NCBI GenBank assembly: GCA_016298185.1
Contig: JAEDDA010000002.1
Coordinates: 6,674 to 70,673, forward strand
Source: Bacilli bacterium
GTDB lineage: Bacteria > Bacillota_I > Bacilli_A > RFN20 > CAG-826
Direction: 5' to 3'
DNA: 64,000 bases
Both the position numbers and the translations under genes were made by a program. The notes below the pieces were generated by a model. That model did no database searches and was not told the origin of the DNA. It was given only the letters and a program-made list of their open reading frames with translations. Below, piece by piece: positions 28,150-36,769 of the stretch (its first letter is position 1; each line of letters starts with the position of its first letter).

Positions 28150-28248
28150 ATGTTTTTTATAGACCAGATATTGTTTTTCCATATTTAAAAATATGAACGC
28201 TATGATATAATCGTTTTACGTGTAAATTTGATGTTGGAGGAAACGCTT

Positions 28249-29286
28249 ATGCAAAATGAAAAACTAAAAGCGATTCTAGAAGAGGGTCTTAAGCAGATTG
28301 AAAACGCTAATAACCTCGATGATATTAACGAACTTAGAAACCGTTATTTAGGTAAGAAAAGCGAATTAGCTTCAATGGGAAGCATCATTGCCACATTACC
28401 TGTTGAAGAAAAGAAAACTTTTGGTCAAGAAATGAATGAGACCAAAACAACCTTAGCGAATGCTATTGAAAGCAGAATGAATGCTCTGAAAGCCAAAGCT
28501 TTAGAAGAAAAATTACAAAAGGAAACAATTGATATTTCTCTTCCTGGTAGAGAAAGCAACCTCGGTGCGAGAAACCCATTCCATATCGTTGAAGACGAAA
28601 TGACAGAAATCTTTTTGGGTATGGGATTTGAAGTAGCTGATGGACCAGAAATTGAAACCGATAACTATAACTTCGAATTATTAAATATTCCAAAAGATCA
28701 TCCTGCAAGAGATATGCAAGATACCTTTTACATTGATGAGAACACGTTATTAAGAACCCATACTTCCCCAGTTCAAGCGAGAACTATGGAAAAGGCTCAA
28801 GGCAAACCAGTTCGTATTATTTGCCCAGGCAAAACCTATCGTAGGGATGACGATGATGCGACACATTCACATCAATTCGCCCAAATCGAAGGCTTAGTTA
28901 TTGATAAAAATATCAATATCGGACATTTAAAAGCGACATTAGAACTCTTTGCCAAGAAGATGTTTGGTGAGAAGAGAGAAATTCGTTTAAGAAGTTCTTA
29001 CTTCCCATTCACAGAACCTTCAGTTGAAGTTGATATTACCTGTGCAAACTGCGGTGGTAAAGGCTGCAACATGTGTAAAGGCACTGGTTACATTGAAATC
29101 TTAGGTGGTGGCATGGTCCATCCAAACGTTTTAAAAATGAACGGATATGATCCAGAACAATATAGTGGCTTTGCTTTCGGTATCGGTATCGAAAGAGTGG
29201 CTATCTTACGTTATGGTATCGACGATATCCGTAAATTCTATAACAACGATGTAAGATTCTTACATCAATTCAAAAAGAAAGGCTAA
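28249..29286 (+). CDS. pheS: phenylalanine-tRNA ligase alpha subunit
   Basis: ORF track starts at TTG 28228, but GGAGG (28236-28240) sits 8 nt before ATG 28249 (MQNEKLKAILEE...). Class II motifs FYIDENTLLRTHTSP and GFAFGIGIERVA. Confidence 0.92.
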   Translation: MQNEKLKAILEEGLKQIENANNLDDINELRNRYLGKKSELASMGSIIATLPVEEKKTFGQEMNETKTTLANAIESRMNALKAKALEEKLQKETIDISLPGRESNLGARNPFHIVEDEMTEIFLGMGFEVADGPEIETDNYNFELLNIPKDHPARDMQDTFYIDENTLLRTHTSPVQARTMEKAQGKPVRIICPGKTYRRDDDDATHSHQFAQIEGLVIDKNINIGHLKATLELFAKKMFGEKREIRLRSSYFPFTEPSVEVDITCANCGGKGCNMCKGTGYIEILGGGMVHPNVLKMNGYDPEQYSGFAFGIGIERVAILRYGIDDIRKFYNNDVRFLHQFKKKG

Positions 29287-29303
29287 GAGAGGAGGAAAGT
29301 ATC

Positions 29304-31700
29304 ATGTTAGTTAGTTTAAAGAATATTAAAGAATATGTTTCTCTTGAAGGACTTACCGCAGAAGAAATCGCAAATGGATTAACATTTGCTGGCGTGGAAG
29401 TAGAAGAGATTAGAAAACTCGCCTCCGGAACAAACTTAGTCATTGGCGAAATTAAAACATGTGTTGCTCACCCAGATAGTGATCACCTTCACATTTTAAA
29501 TGTCGATTTAGGTGAAAAATATGGTGTTGAACAAATCGTGTGTGGCGCACCTAATGCACGCGCTGGCTTAAAAGTTATCGTGGCCCGTGTGGGCGCAAAA
29601 CTTCCAGGTGGAGAAATTAAAGCGGGTGTTATTCGCGGACAATCCTCAAATGGTATGTGCTGTTCCTTATTAGAATTAGGCGTCGACGCCAAATATTTAA
29701 GCGAATATCAGCAAGCCGGTATTGAAGAATTACCAGAAGACGCACCAGTTGGTGAAGAAAATGTCTTAGGTTATTTAGGACTTGATGATGAAGTTTTAAA
29801 CCTCAAAGTCTTAGCCAATAGACCTGACTTATTATCATTATTTAATGTCGCACGTGAAATAGGCGCTATCTTTGAACGCAAAGTGACAATCCCTGAAGTT
29901 GATGAAAAAGCCGATTTTGAAACCGACTTAGTAGTGGGCAGCAAAACCGATAAATGTACACAATTTTCTGGTAAAGAAATTAGAGATATCACCGTTAAAG
30001 ATTCGCCAAAATGGATGAAAGAATACTTGATGGCGATGGGTGTCAGAAGCATTAACAATATCGTAGATATTGGTAACTATGTTATGCTCACAACTGGTCA
30101 GCCATTACATATGTATGACGCAGATAAATTAAGTGCCGCTAACTTAACCGCTAGAGATGACTATGAAGGTGATTTCGTTGCTTTAGATGAAAAGACCTAT
30201 AAAGTCATTCCAGGAGATATCGTTATTTGCTGTAACAAAAAACCTATGTGTTTAGGTGGTGTGATGGGTAGTTTAGAATGCGCAGTTGATGAAAACACCA
30301 AGAATATTTATATCGAATCCGCATCATTTGATGGTGCAACCATTCGTCATACATCTTCCCGTTTAGGTTTAGCAAGTGAATCTTCTTCACGTTTCGTGAA
30401 AGGCACAAACCATTTCCAAGCGGAATATGTATTAAATTATGCGGCTTCTTTAATTAGAAAATACTGCGAAGGTGAATCGTTCTCTGATATCGTTACATAT
30501 CAAGCAGAAGAATATATCGATAAGAAGATTACATCTTCCGTTGAAAGAATTAACGGTAGATTAGGTACATCCTTCACCCCAAAGCAAATTAAAGAAACAT
30601 TAGAAAGATTACATTTCAAAGTATTTATGGGCGATAAGACATTTGTCGCTGCGGTCCCATCTTGGAGACTTGATGTCACTTGTGATGCTGACTTAAGCGA
30701 AGAAGTGATCCGTTTATTAGGTTTTGAAAATGTGAAATCTGAACTCCCATGTTTAGATACTAGAGTCGGTGCTTTAACTCTTGAACAAGGTAGATTAAAG
30801 AACATCCGTTACTTACTCTTAGACAAAGGTTTAGATGAATGCTTAACATACTCATTAATCAGTAAGAAAGAAGAAAACTTATTTAATTTATTAAATAATG
30901 ATGAACACTATAGCATCTTAAATCCACTTACCGATGAAAGAGAAGTGTTTAGAACTCACATCCTTCATTCCTTACTTAAAGTTGCTACATATAACGTTGC
31001 TAGACAAAATAAGAATCTCGCTTTATTCGAGACTTCTCATATGATTAGCAAATCTAGCAAATCCACAAACTTAGCAATCGTTTTAGTGGGCAAAGAAGCT
31101 AGACAAAAAGAAATGGAAGGCATTCCATACGACTTCTATCATATGAAAGGCTTAGTGGAAGCGATTATGGATATGTTAGGTGTTGAAGCATCTAGATATA
31201 GATTCGATAGAAACAAAGAACACTTAGATGAATTGCATCCAGGTAAATCTGCGACAATCGTCTTCCAAAACCAAGTTATCGGTAGATTCGGAGAATTGCA
31301 TCCAAACAAGATTGCGGAATACGATTTAGGTAAATCATCCGCGGTGGTTCTTGAAATGAACTTAGATAGCTTACTTTCCGCGAAAGTCAGCACAATCAAA
31401 ATGAGTCCAATTTCTCGTTTCCCAAGCGTCTCTCGTGATTTAGCGTTCGTGGTCGATAAAACCGTGGAAGCTAAAGACTTAATCAAAGCCATTAAATTCG
31501 CTGGTAAGTCACTTGTGAGCGAAGCTCAAGTATTTGATGTTTACGAAGGCGAACACGTCGGAGAAGGTAAGAAGAGTATTGCGATTTCCGTCACATATTC
31601 TTGTGATAATCACACCTTAATCGATAAGGAAATCATCGAAGTTGAAAATAAGATTAAGTTCGAATTAACCAAACAATTTAAAGCTGAATTAAGAGGCTAA
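29304..31700 (+). CDS. pheT: phenylalanine-tRNA ligase beta subunit
   Basis: 798 aa; N-terminal tRNA-binding domain, B3/4, B5 and C-terminal FDX-ACB-like architecture; follows pheS. Confidence 0.92.
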   Translation: MLVSLKNIKEYVSLEGLTAEEIANGLTFAGVEVEEIRKLASGTNLVIGEIKTCVAHPDSDHLHILNVDLGEKYGVEQIVCGAPNARAGLKVIVARVGAKLPGGEIKAGVIRGQSSNGMCCSLLELGVDAKYLSEYQQAGIEELPEDAPVGEENVLGYLGLDDEVLNLKVLANRPDLLSLFNVAREIGAIFERKVTIPEVDEKADFETDLVVGSKTDKCTQFSGKEIRDITVKDSPKWMKEYLMAMGVRSINNIVDIGNYVMLTTGQPLHMYDADKLSAANLTARDDYEGDFVALDEKTYKVIPGDIVICCNKKPMCLGGVMGSLECAVDENTKNIYIESASFDGATIRHTSSRLGLASESSSRFVKGTNHFQAEYVLNYAASLIRKYCEGESFSDIVTYQAEEYIDKKITSSVERINGRLGTSFTPKQIKETLERLHFKVFMGDKTFVAAVPSWRLDVTCDADLSEEVIRLLGFENVKSELPCLDTRVGALTLEQGRLKNIRYLLLDKGLDECLTYSLISKKEENLFNLLNNDEHYSILNPLTDEREVFRTHILHSLLKVATYNVARQNKNLALFETSHMISKSSKSTNLAIVLVGKEARQKEMEGIPYDFYHMKGLVEAIMDMLGVEASRYRFDRNKEHLDELHPGKSATIVFQNQVIGRFGELHPNKIAEYDLGKSSAVVLEMNLDSLLSAKVSTIKMSPISRFPSVSRDLAFVVDKTVEAKDLIKAIKFAGKSLVSEAQVFDVYEGEHVGEGKKSIAISVTYSCDNHTLIDKEIIEVENKIKFELTKQFKAELRG

Positions 31701-31705
31701 AAAAT

Positions 31706-32200
31706 ATGAAAATCAATCGTGCATTATTGCAAAACGGAGTCTCAAAAACGTTTGAAGAAACGATTGATTTTTCATCTGTCGAATTTGACCCAACACACAT
31801 TAGGAACATCCCTTTATGTGAAGTAAAAGCAAGAGTCACGGATTATGAAGAAATTCTTCGTGTTGAACTCCACATCAAAGCGGATGTCATCGGAGTGTGT
31901 TCTTATACCCTAGAAGATGTTCCTCTTCACTATGAAATTGATGATGAAATCAGTTTTACTGATGATCCTGACGATGTCGATAATTACTACGAAAAAGGAA
32001 ACCTCATCGAAATGGATCAATATGTCCTTGGAATTCTACTCGCAAATGTGCCAATCAAAATTGTCAAAAAGGGAGCAAAATTGCCAAAAAGTGGGGATGG
32101 ATATCGCGTCATGACGGAGGAAGAACACGAAGCTGAAAAACGTAAAAGAGGAAATCCCGCTTTCGACATTTTAGACAGTGTCGAATTTGACGAAGATTAA
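31706..32200 (+). CDS. yceD: YceD/DUF177 family protein
   Basis: 164 aa acidic protein with DUF177-like layout (two-layer repeat, acidic C-terminus). Confidence 0.7.
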   Translation: MKINRALLQNGVSKTFEETIDFSSVEFDPTHIRNIPLCEVKARVTDYEEILRVELHIKADVIGVCSYTLEDVPLHYEIDDEISFTDDPDDVDNYYEKGNLIEMDQYVLGILLANVPIKIVKKGAKLPKSGDGYRVMTEEEHEAEKRKRGNPAFDILDSVEFDED

Positions 32201-32233
32201 TCAAACTACGCAGAGCGTAAAATTACTAATTAG

Positions 32234-32262
32234 GTCCTGATTTAATAGTCAGGACTTTTTCT
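32234..32262 (+). terminator. rho-independent terminator
   Basis: GTCCTGA-tttaatag-TCAGGAC then TTTTTCTTTTT. Confidence 0.7.
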
Positions 32263-32286
32263 TTTTAATTTTCTTTTAAAAAATAC

Positions 32287-32316
32287 TTGCGAGTTTAGTT
32301 TGCTTGCACATATAAT
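32287..32316 (+). promoter_or_regulatory. candidate Pmra promoter
   Basis: TTGCGA (32287-32292), 18-nt spacer, TATAAT (32311-32316). Confidence 0.4.
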
Positions 32317-32327
32317 TTAGATACCTA

Positions 32328-32352
32328 GTGGTAGAAAGTGGGAAAAAGTGGT
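32328..32352 (+). promoter_or_regulatory. MraZ operator: three GTGG direct repeats at exact 10-bp spacing
   Basis: GTGGT (32328), GTGGG (32338), GTGGT (32348), each preceded by A-rich spacer (AAAGTGG); between the -10 and mraZ ATG. Confidence 0.6.
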
Positions 32353-32358
32353 AGACAA

Positions 32359-32787
32359 ATGTTTTACGGTTCCTATTCACACAATTTAGACAATAAAGGC
32401 CGTTTAGTCGTACCTAGCAAAATGAGAGATGAATTAGGCGCAAAAGCTTACATCCTCAAAGGTTATGATGGTTGTTTATCAATCTACAAGGAAGCTGACT
32501 TCATGAAATTAATGGAAAAGATTAACTCCTTGTCTTTCACCAAGAAATCCGCTCGTTTATTCATCAGAGCACAATTAGATTCCGTTTGTGAACTCGAAAT
32601 TGATCGCCAAGGCAGAGCCTTATTACCCACTTCATTATTAAATAGATATAGCATTGGAAAAGAAGTCGTCGTTGTTGGTGTTTATGACCATATCGAAGTA
32701 TGGAACAAATCCGATTACGAAGAATTCTCCAAAACCGCTAATTCTTCATTTGAAGAAAACGCTGAAGAATTAGAAGATAACGACTAA
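32359..32787 (+). CDS. mraZ: transcriptional regulator MraZ
   Basis: Canonical N-terminus MFYGSYSHNLDNKGRLVVPSKMR starts at ATG 32359. The GTG 32338 start in the ORF track lies inside the operator repeats. Second half-repeat DRQGRALLP. Confidence 0.9.
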   Translation: MFYGSYSHNLDNKGRLVVPSKMRDELGAKAYILKGYDGCLSIYKEADFMKLMEKINSLSFTKKSARLFIRAQLDSVCELEIDRQGRALLPTSLLNRYSIGKEVVVVGVYDHIEVWNKSDYEEFSKTANSSFEENAEELEDND

Positions 32788-32788
32788 T

Positions 32789-33715
32789 ATGGGAAAACAC
32801 ATTCCTGTATTACTTAATGAGACCATTACTGGTTTAAATATCAAACCAGATGGAATATATGTCGACCTTACTCTTGGTAGAGGCGGTCATAGTGGTGAAA
32901 TTTTGAAGCAACTTCAAAAAGGACACCTATATGGCGTTGATCAAGATGAGGTAGCCATTGAGGAAAGCGGAAGATATTTAGAAACTATTTCAAATAACTT
33001 CACTCTCATCCGCAAAAACTTCTCCTTCCTAGATGAAATCATGAAGGACAATAATATCGAATATGCCGATGGCATTTTGATGGATCTTGGTGTTTCATCT
33101 CCACAATTCGACGAAGGAGATAGGGGATTCTCTTATAGAGAAGATGCTAGACTCGACATGAGAATGGATCAGAGAAATCCTTTAACGGCTTATGACATCG
33201 TTAATTCCTATAGCCTAGATGAGATTTTTAAAATCTTAAGAGACTATGGTGAAGAGAAATTCGCTTATTCAATTGCTAAAAACATTGTGAGAGCTCGTGA
33301 GAGTAAACCAATTGAAACTACCTTCCAATTAGTAGAAATCATTAAAAAGAGCAAGCCAATGAAAGAATTAGCGAAAGCAGGTCATCCTGCAAAACAAAGT
33401 TTCCAAGCCCTTCGTATCGCGGTTAATGATGAACTTAATGTTCTACAGATCGCTCTTAAAAAAGCTCTTAAAGCTTTAAGACCTAATGGAGGTCGATTGG
33501 CAGTCATCACGTTCCATTCATTGGAAGATAGAATTGTGAAGAACGTGTTCAAAGATGCCGCAGTTAGCGAAGGCAACAGATACGATATCCCAGCTCTTGT
33601 AGAAGAGAAGGAATACCAACTCGTTACTCGTAAGCCTATCGTGGCTAACGAGCAAGAGTTAGAAAATAATCACCGCTCCATAAGTGCCAAACTGAGAATA
33701 ATTGAAAGAAAGTAG
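32789..33715 (+). CDS. rsmH: 16S rRNA (cytosine1402-N4)-methyltransferase
   Basis: 308 aa; HIPVLLNE, GRGGHS, DLGVSSPQFD motifs. Confidence 0.92.
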   Translation: MGKHIPVLLNETITGLNIKPDGIYVDLTLGRGGHSGEILKQLQKGHLYGVDQDEVAIEESGRYLETISNNFTLIRKNFSFLDEIMKDNNIEYADGILMDLGVSSPQFDEGDRGFSYREDARLDMRMDQRNPLTAYDIVNSYSLDEIFKILRDYGEEKFAYSIAKNIVRARESKPIETTFQLVEIIKKSKPMKELAKAGHPAKQSFQALRIAVNDELNVLQIALKKALKALRPNGGRLAVITFHSLEDRIVKNVFKDAAVSEGNRYDIPALVEEKEYQLVTRKPIVANEQELENNHRSISAKLRIIERK

Positions 33716-33730
33716 AAGGAGGTAAGCGCA

Positions 33731-33970
33731 ATGGTCATGAAAGATAAATTAGTCAAAACCAATCATAAAGCAAGTTATTACTTTATGAAGAAAATTTCTG
33801 TTATTGCTTTAGCTGTAGTAGCAGGTGCTTTTGCCATTGCTGTTCCAACCTACATCGTTCAAAATTCTCTCAATAATAAAACTGCACTAGCGGAAGAAAA
33901 TAAAGAAGAAGAAAACAAGACCGATAATAGTGGTGAAGATGAGGTAATTTATGAAATTATCCATTATTAA
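33731..33970 (+). CDS. small single-pass membrane protein at the ftsL position
   Basis: 79 aa; AAGGAGG SD 8 nt upstream; one TM (ISVIALAVVAGAFAIAVPTYIV) then acidic tail. Confidence 0.55.
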   Translation: MVMKDKLVKTNHKASYYFMKKISVIALAVVAGAFAIAVPTYIVQNSLNNKTALAEENKEEENKTDNSGEDEVIYEIIHY

Positions 33971-34175
33971 AAAGTTCAACATTGTCGTTTCCCTCTGGTT
34001 ATTAGTAGTGCTCGTGGCACTCATGGTCTTCGGATACGAGCTCGCTAATTACGGATGCTACATAGCCGCAGCGGTCATAGGCGCAATTATAGTCACCAAC
34101 AACCTAATCGTATTAATAAGTGGTTTAATCATTCCAGTTGTTCAAGAAAAAATGGTTTCCAGACAATACAATTAA
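33951..34175 (+). CDS. small two-TM membrane protein
   Basis: 74 aa; GAGG SD 6 nt upstream; overlaps previous ORF by 20 nt. Confidence 0.5.
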   Translation: MKLSIIKKFNIVVSLWLLVVLVALMVFGYELANYGCYIAAAVIGAIIVTNNLIVLISGLIIPVVQEKMVSRQYN

Positions 34176-34186
34176 ATCTTCGGAAT

Positions 34187-34216
34187 AAATAGTACAAAAA
34201 TAGTAGTTAAATAGTA
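34187..34216 (+). repeat. three direct AAATAGTA repeats with 11-bp period
   Basis: AAATAGTA at 34187, 34198, 34209; the third overlaps a weak AT-rich hairpin (AGTAGT...ACTACT + T6, 34213-34242). Confidence 0.5.
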
Positions 34217-34263
34217 GTGTTTACGAAAATAACTACTTTTTTATTAACAAATATTGTTAATTC

Positions 34264-34292
34264 TTGTATATTCATTTGTAAGTTATTAAAAT
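34264..34292 (+). promoter_or_regulatory. candidate ftsA-ftsZ promoter
   Basis: TTGTAT (34264-34269), 17-nt spacer, TAAAAT (34287-34292), 21 nt before ftsA ATG. Confidence 0.4.
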
Positions 34293-34313
34293 AACCTTGA
34301 TTGGAAACAAATT

Positions 34314-35516
34314 ATGGAAAAATACGTAGCAGCAATTGAATTCGGAAGCAAGAAAATTAAACTTGTCGTGGGATATGAATTGGACGGTAAGGTCTATGTC
34401 CTTTACGCACTCACAAAACCTTATGGTCACATCGTGGAAGCAGGTAGCGTTACCAATCAACAAAAACTCGCTCAATCAATCGCAGATGTGCGCAAATTTT
34501 CTGATCCATCCGCTAAACTAAAAGTTTCCATTTCAGAAGCTCTTCTTTGCTTACCTCCATTTGGTTTAGAAATCTTTGAAACCAAACAAGTAACCACAGT
34601 TATTTCTGATGAAGCAAAAATTGGCAACTTAGATATTAAAAATATCTACTCATTAATCAAAAATGGTGCATTACCATTAGAGAACCAACTCATTGATGTT
34701 GCGCCTCAAAGATATGTACTTGATCAAGGACGTTCATTTTTAAAACCTCCACTAAATGAAACAAGTAGCACACTTACAGTGTTTGCCAAAGTTCACACCT
34801 TACCAAAACGTATTATCGGTGAATTCAAAGCAGCAATGGCCGCTGGTGGACTTAACATTAAACGTTCTGTGGTTGCACCTTTCGCAGCATCTGAATTATT
34901 ATCCACATACGAGGATATACCTAGCGATTACATACTCGTAGACATAGGTTCTAATATCACAACTGTGTCACTCGTAGGCGATAAAGAATTATTTGCTTCT
35001 AGATTCTTCGAATGGGGTGGAGATAGAATCACTGAAAGAATCGTTGAATCATTTAATATTAATGAAGCTGATGCCGAAAAGTACAAAATTACATACGGTA
35101 TTGATAAACGCGAAATGAACTTCAAAGCACCTATTTGCATCACTGATGATGGCGAAGGTAACGAAGTTAAACATTATACAGATGAACTTAACGCCATCAT
35201 TAAGAATGAATTAGACTTATTTGTTAAACAACTTAATGGCGCGATTGATGAATTACTAAAACCTTATGATAGTAGTTCCAAAGCTCTTCCAATGATTCTT
35301 ATCGGTGGAGGAAGCCGCTTAAATGGATTAATTGAATTCGTTGAACCAAAGGTTCAATCCGAAACTGTTAGAGCTGTTGCCCCTCGTTCACTTGGAGCGA
35401 GAAATCCAACATTCACAAACTGCTTGGGCATGATCATTGCTAATAGCAGATATCCAAACGTCTATGACGAAACCCACCCACGCGTTGGTCAATTACAACG
35501 CGAGCCAAATAAATAG
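34314..35516 (+). CDS. ftsA: cell division protein FtsA
   Basis: 400 aa actin-fold; LVDIGSNITTVSL and ILIGGGSRLNGL phosphate/adenosine motifs; precedes ftsZ. Confidence 0.9.
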   Translation: MEKYVAAIEFGSKKIKLVVGYELDGKVYVLYALTKPYGHIVEAGSVTNQQKLAQSIADVRKFSDPSAKLKVSISEALLCLPPFGLEIFETKQVTTVISDEAKIGNLDIKNIYSLIKNGALPLENQLIDVAPQRYVLDQGRSFLKPPLNETSSTLTVFAKVHTLPKRIIGEFKAAMAAGGLNIKRSVVAPFAASELLSTYEDIPSDYILVDIGSNITTVSLVGDKELFASRFFEWGGDRITERIVESFNINEADAEKYKITYGIDKREMNFKAPICITDDGEGNEVKHYTDELNAIIKNELDLFVKQLNGAIDELLKPYDSSSKALPMILIGGGSRLNGLIEFVEPKVQSETVRAVAPRSLGARNPTFTNCLGMIIANSRYPNVYDETHPRVGQLQREPNK

Positions 35517-35530
35517 GAGGAAACCTAACT

Positions 35531-36649
35531 ATGGAAAATTATGATTTAGATAATTTCGAACCCGCTGCCAAAATAGTTGTTATTGGTGTTGGCGGAGCTG
35601 GTAATAACGCTGTCAATCGTATGATTGATGAAGAAATCCAGAATGTTGAATTCTTCGTTGCGAATACAGATAAACAAGCTCTTTCGACCAGCAAAGCAAC
35701 AAATAGAATCATCTTAGGTGAATCCATTACTGGTGGTTTAGGTGCTGGTGGCGAACCAGAGATCGGTGAAAAAGCCGCTGAAGCAAGCGCAGACACAATT
35801 AGAGAAATTGTTAAAGATGCGAATATGGTTTTCGTTGCTGCAGGTATGGGCGGTGGCACAGGCACAGGCGCTGCTCCAGTTATCGCTAAAATTGCTAGAG
35901 ATGCCGGTGCATTAGTCGTCGCTATCGTTACAAGACCATTTACCTTTGAAGGTAAAAAACGTGTCGTTAATTCCATTGATGGCTTAAATAAATTAAGAAA
36001 CAATGTCGATAGTATTATTGTTGTTAGCAACGATAAATTATTAATGACAAGCGGTAACGCTCCAATCAGCCAAGCATTCAATGATTCTGATAACGTTTTA
36101 GCCCAATCTGTTAAAACAGTCGTTAACTTAATTCTTTTACCAGCAGTCATCAACTTAGACTTCGCTGATGTGAGAAATACATTAAAAGATGCCGGCGTTT
36201 CTTTAATCGGATTCGGTATGGGTTCTGGAAATAACAGAGCTAAAGATGCCGCAAACGCCGCCTTATCTTCTCCATTACTTGAAGCCTCTATTACCGGTGC
36301 TAGAAGAGCGATCGTTTCTGTCACATGTGGACCAAATGTTAGCCTATTTGATGCTCAAGAAACTGTTAACCTATTAATCGATGCATCCGGTCATGATATT
36401 GATGTCAAATTCGGCGTTGCCATTAATGACCAATTGGATGATGAAATCTTAGTTAGTGTAATCGCCAGTGACTTTGAAGAAGAAGTTGACTTCTCTAAAC
36501 CAAGCGTCTTTAAAGTTCCAACTAGAGAACAAGAAGAAGTATTCAAAACACCAGAAGTTCCAAACTTTGGTGAACAAAGTCAAGAAGCCAAGAAAGAAGA
36601 AACATCTATTACCGATGATAGTATCTTACCAAGCTTCTTAAGAGACTAA
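35531..36649 (+). CDS. ftsZ: cell division GTPase FtsZ
   Basis: 372 aa; GVGGAGNNAVNRM and tubulin signature GGGTGTGAAPVIA. Confidence 0.95.
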   Translation: MENYDLDNFEPAAKIVVIGVGGAGNNAVNRMIDEEIQNVEFFVANTDKQALSTSKATNRIILGESITGGLGAGGEPEIGEKAAEASADTIREIVKDANMVFVAAGMGGGTGTGAAPVIAKIARDAGALVVAIVTRPFTFEGKKRVVNSIDGLNKLRNNVDSIIVVSNDKLLMTSGNAPISQAFNDSDNVLAQSVKTVVNLILLPAVINLDFADVRNTLKDAGVSLIGFGMGSGNNRAKDAANAALSSPLLEASITGARRAIVSVTCGPNVSLFDAQETVNLLIDASGHDIDVKFGVAINDQLDDEILVSVIASDFEEEVDFSKPSVFKVPTREQEEVFKTPEVPNFGEQSQEAKKEETSITDDSILPSFLRD

Positions 36650-36667
36650 TTAATTTATTAAATAATT

Positions 36668-36695
36668 AGAGCGGGGAAACTCGCTCTTTTTTATT
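36668..36695 (+). terminator. rho-independent terminator after ftsZ
   Basis: AGAGCG-gggaaact-CGCTCT then TTTTTTATTTT. Confidence 0.7.
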
Positions 36696-36769
36696 TTCCC
36701 ATTTTGTGAGAAAATAAACCTGTATGGGCTTTCGCGCTCATAAACATGTTATTGAAGGAGTTATGCTCT

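Noticed and set aside
28125-28248. T-box leaders upstream of pheS (and of ileS at 36650-36769)
   Set aside because: The spacers are only about 120 nt and are largely occupied by the upstream gene's terminator. No T-box sequence (AATTAGAGTGGTACCGCG-like) or specifier-loop architecture is visible.
32201-32337. Expected rpmF (L32) downstream of yceD
   Set aside because: The 136-nt spacer contains a terminator and the mraZ promoter/operator and has no room for a ~57-codon ORF. rpmF must lie elsewhere, which is a synteny difference and not a feature here.
35539-36324. 261-aa antisense ORF inside ftsZ
   Set aside because: It lies entirely within the unmistakable ftsZ frame on the opposite strand. 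The open frame is a by-product of the Gly/Ala/Val-rich codons of ftsZ, and it has no SD or start context.
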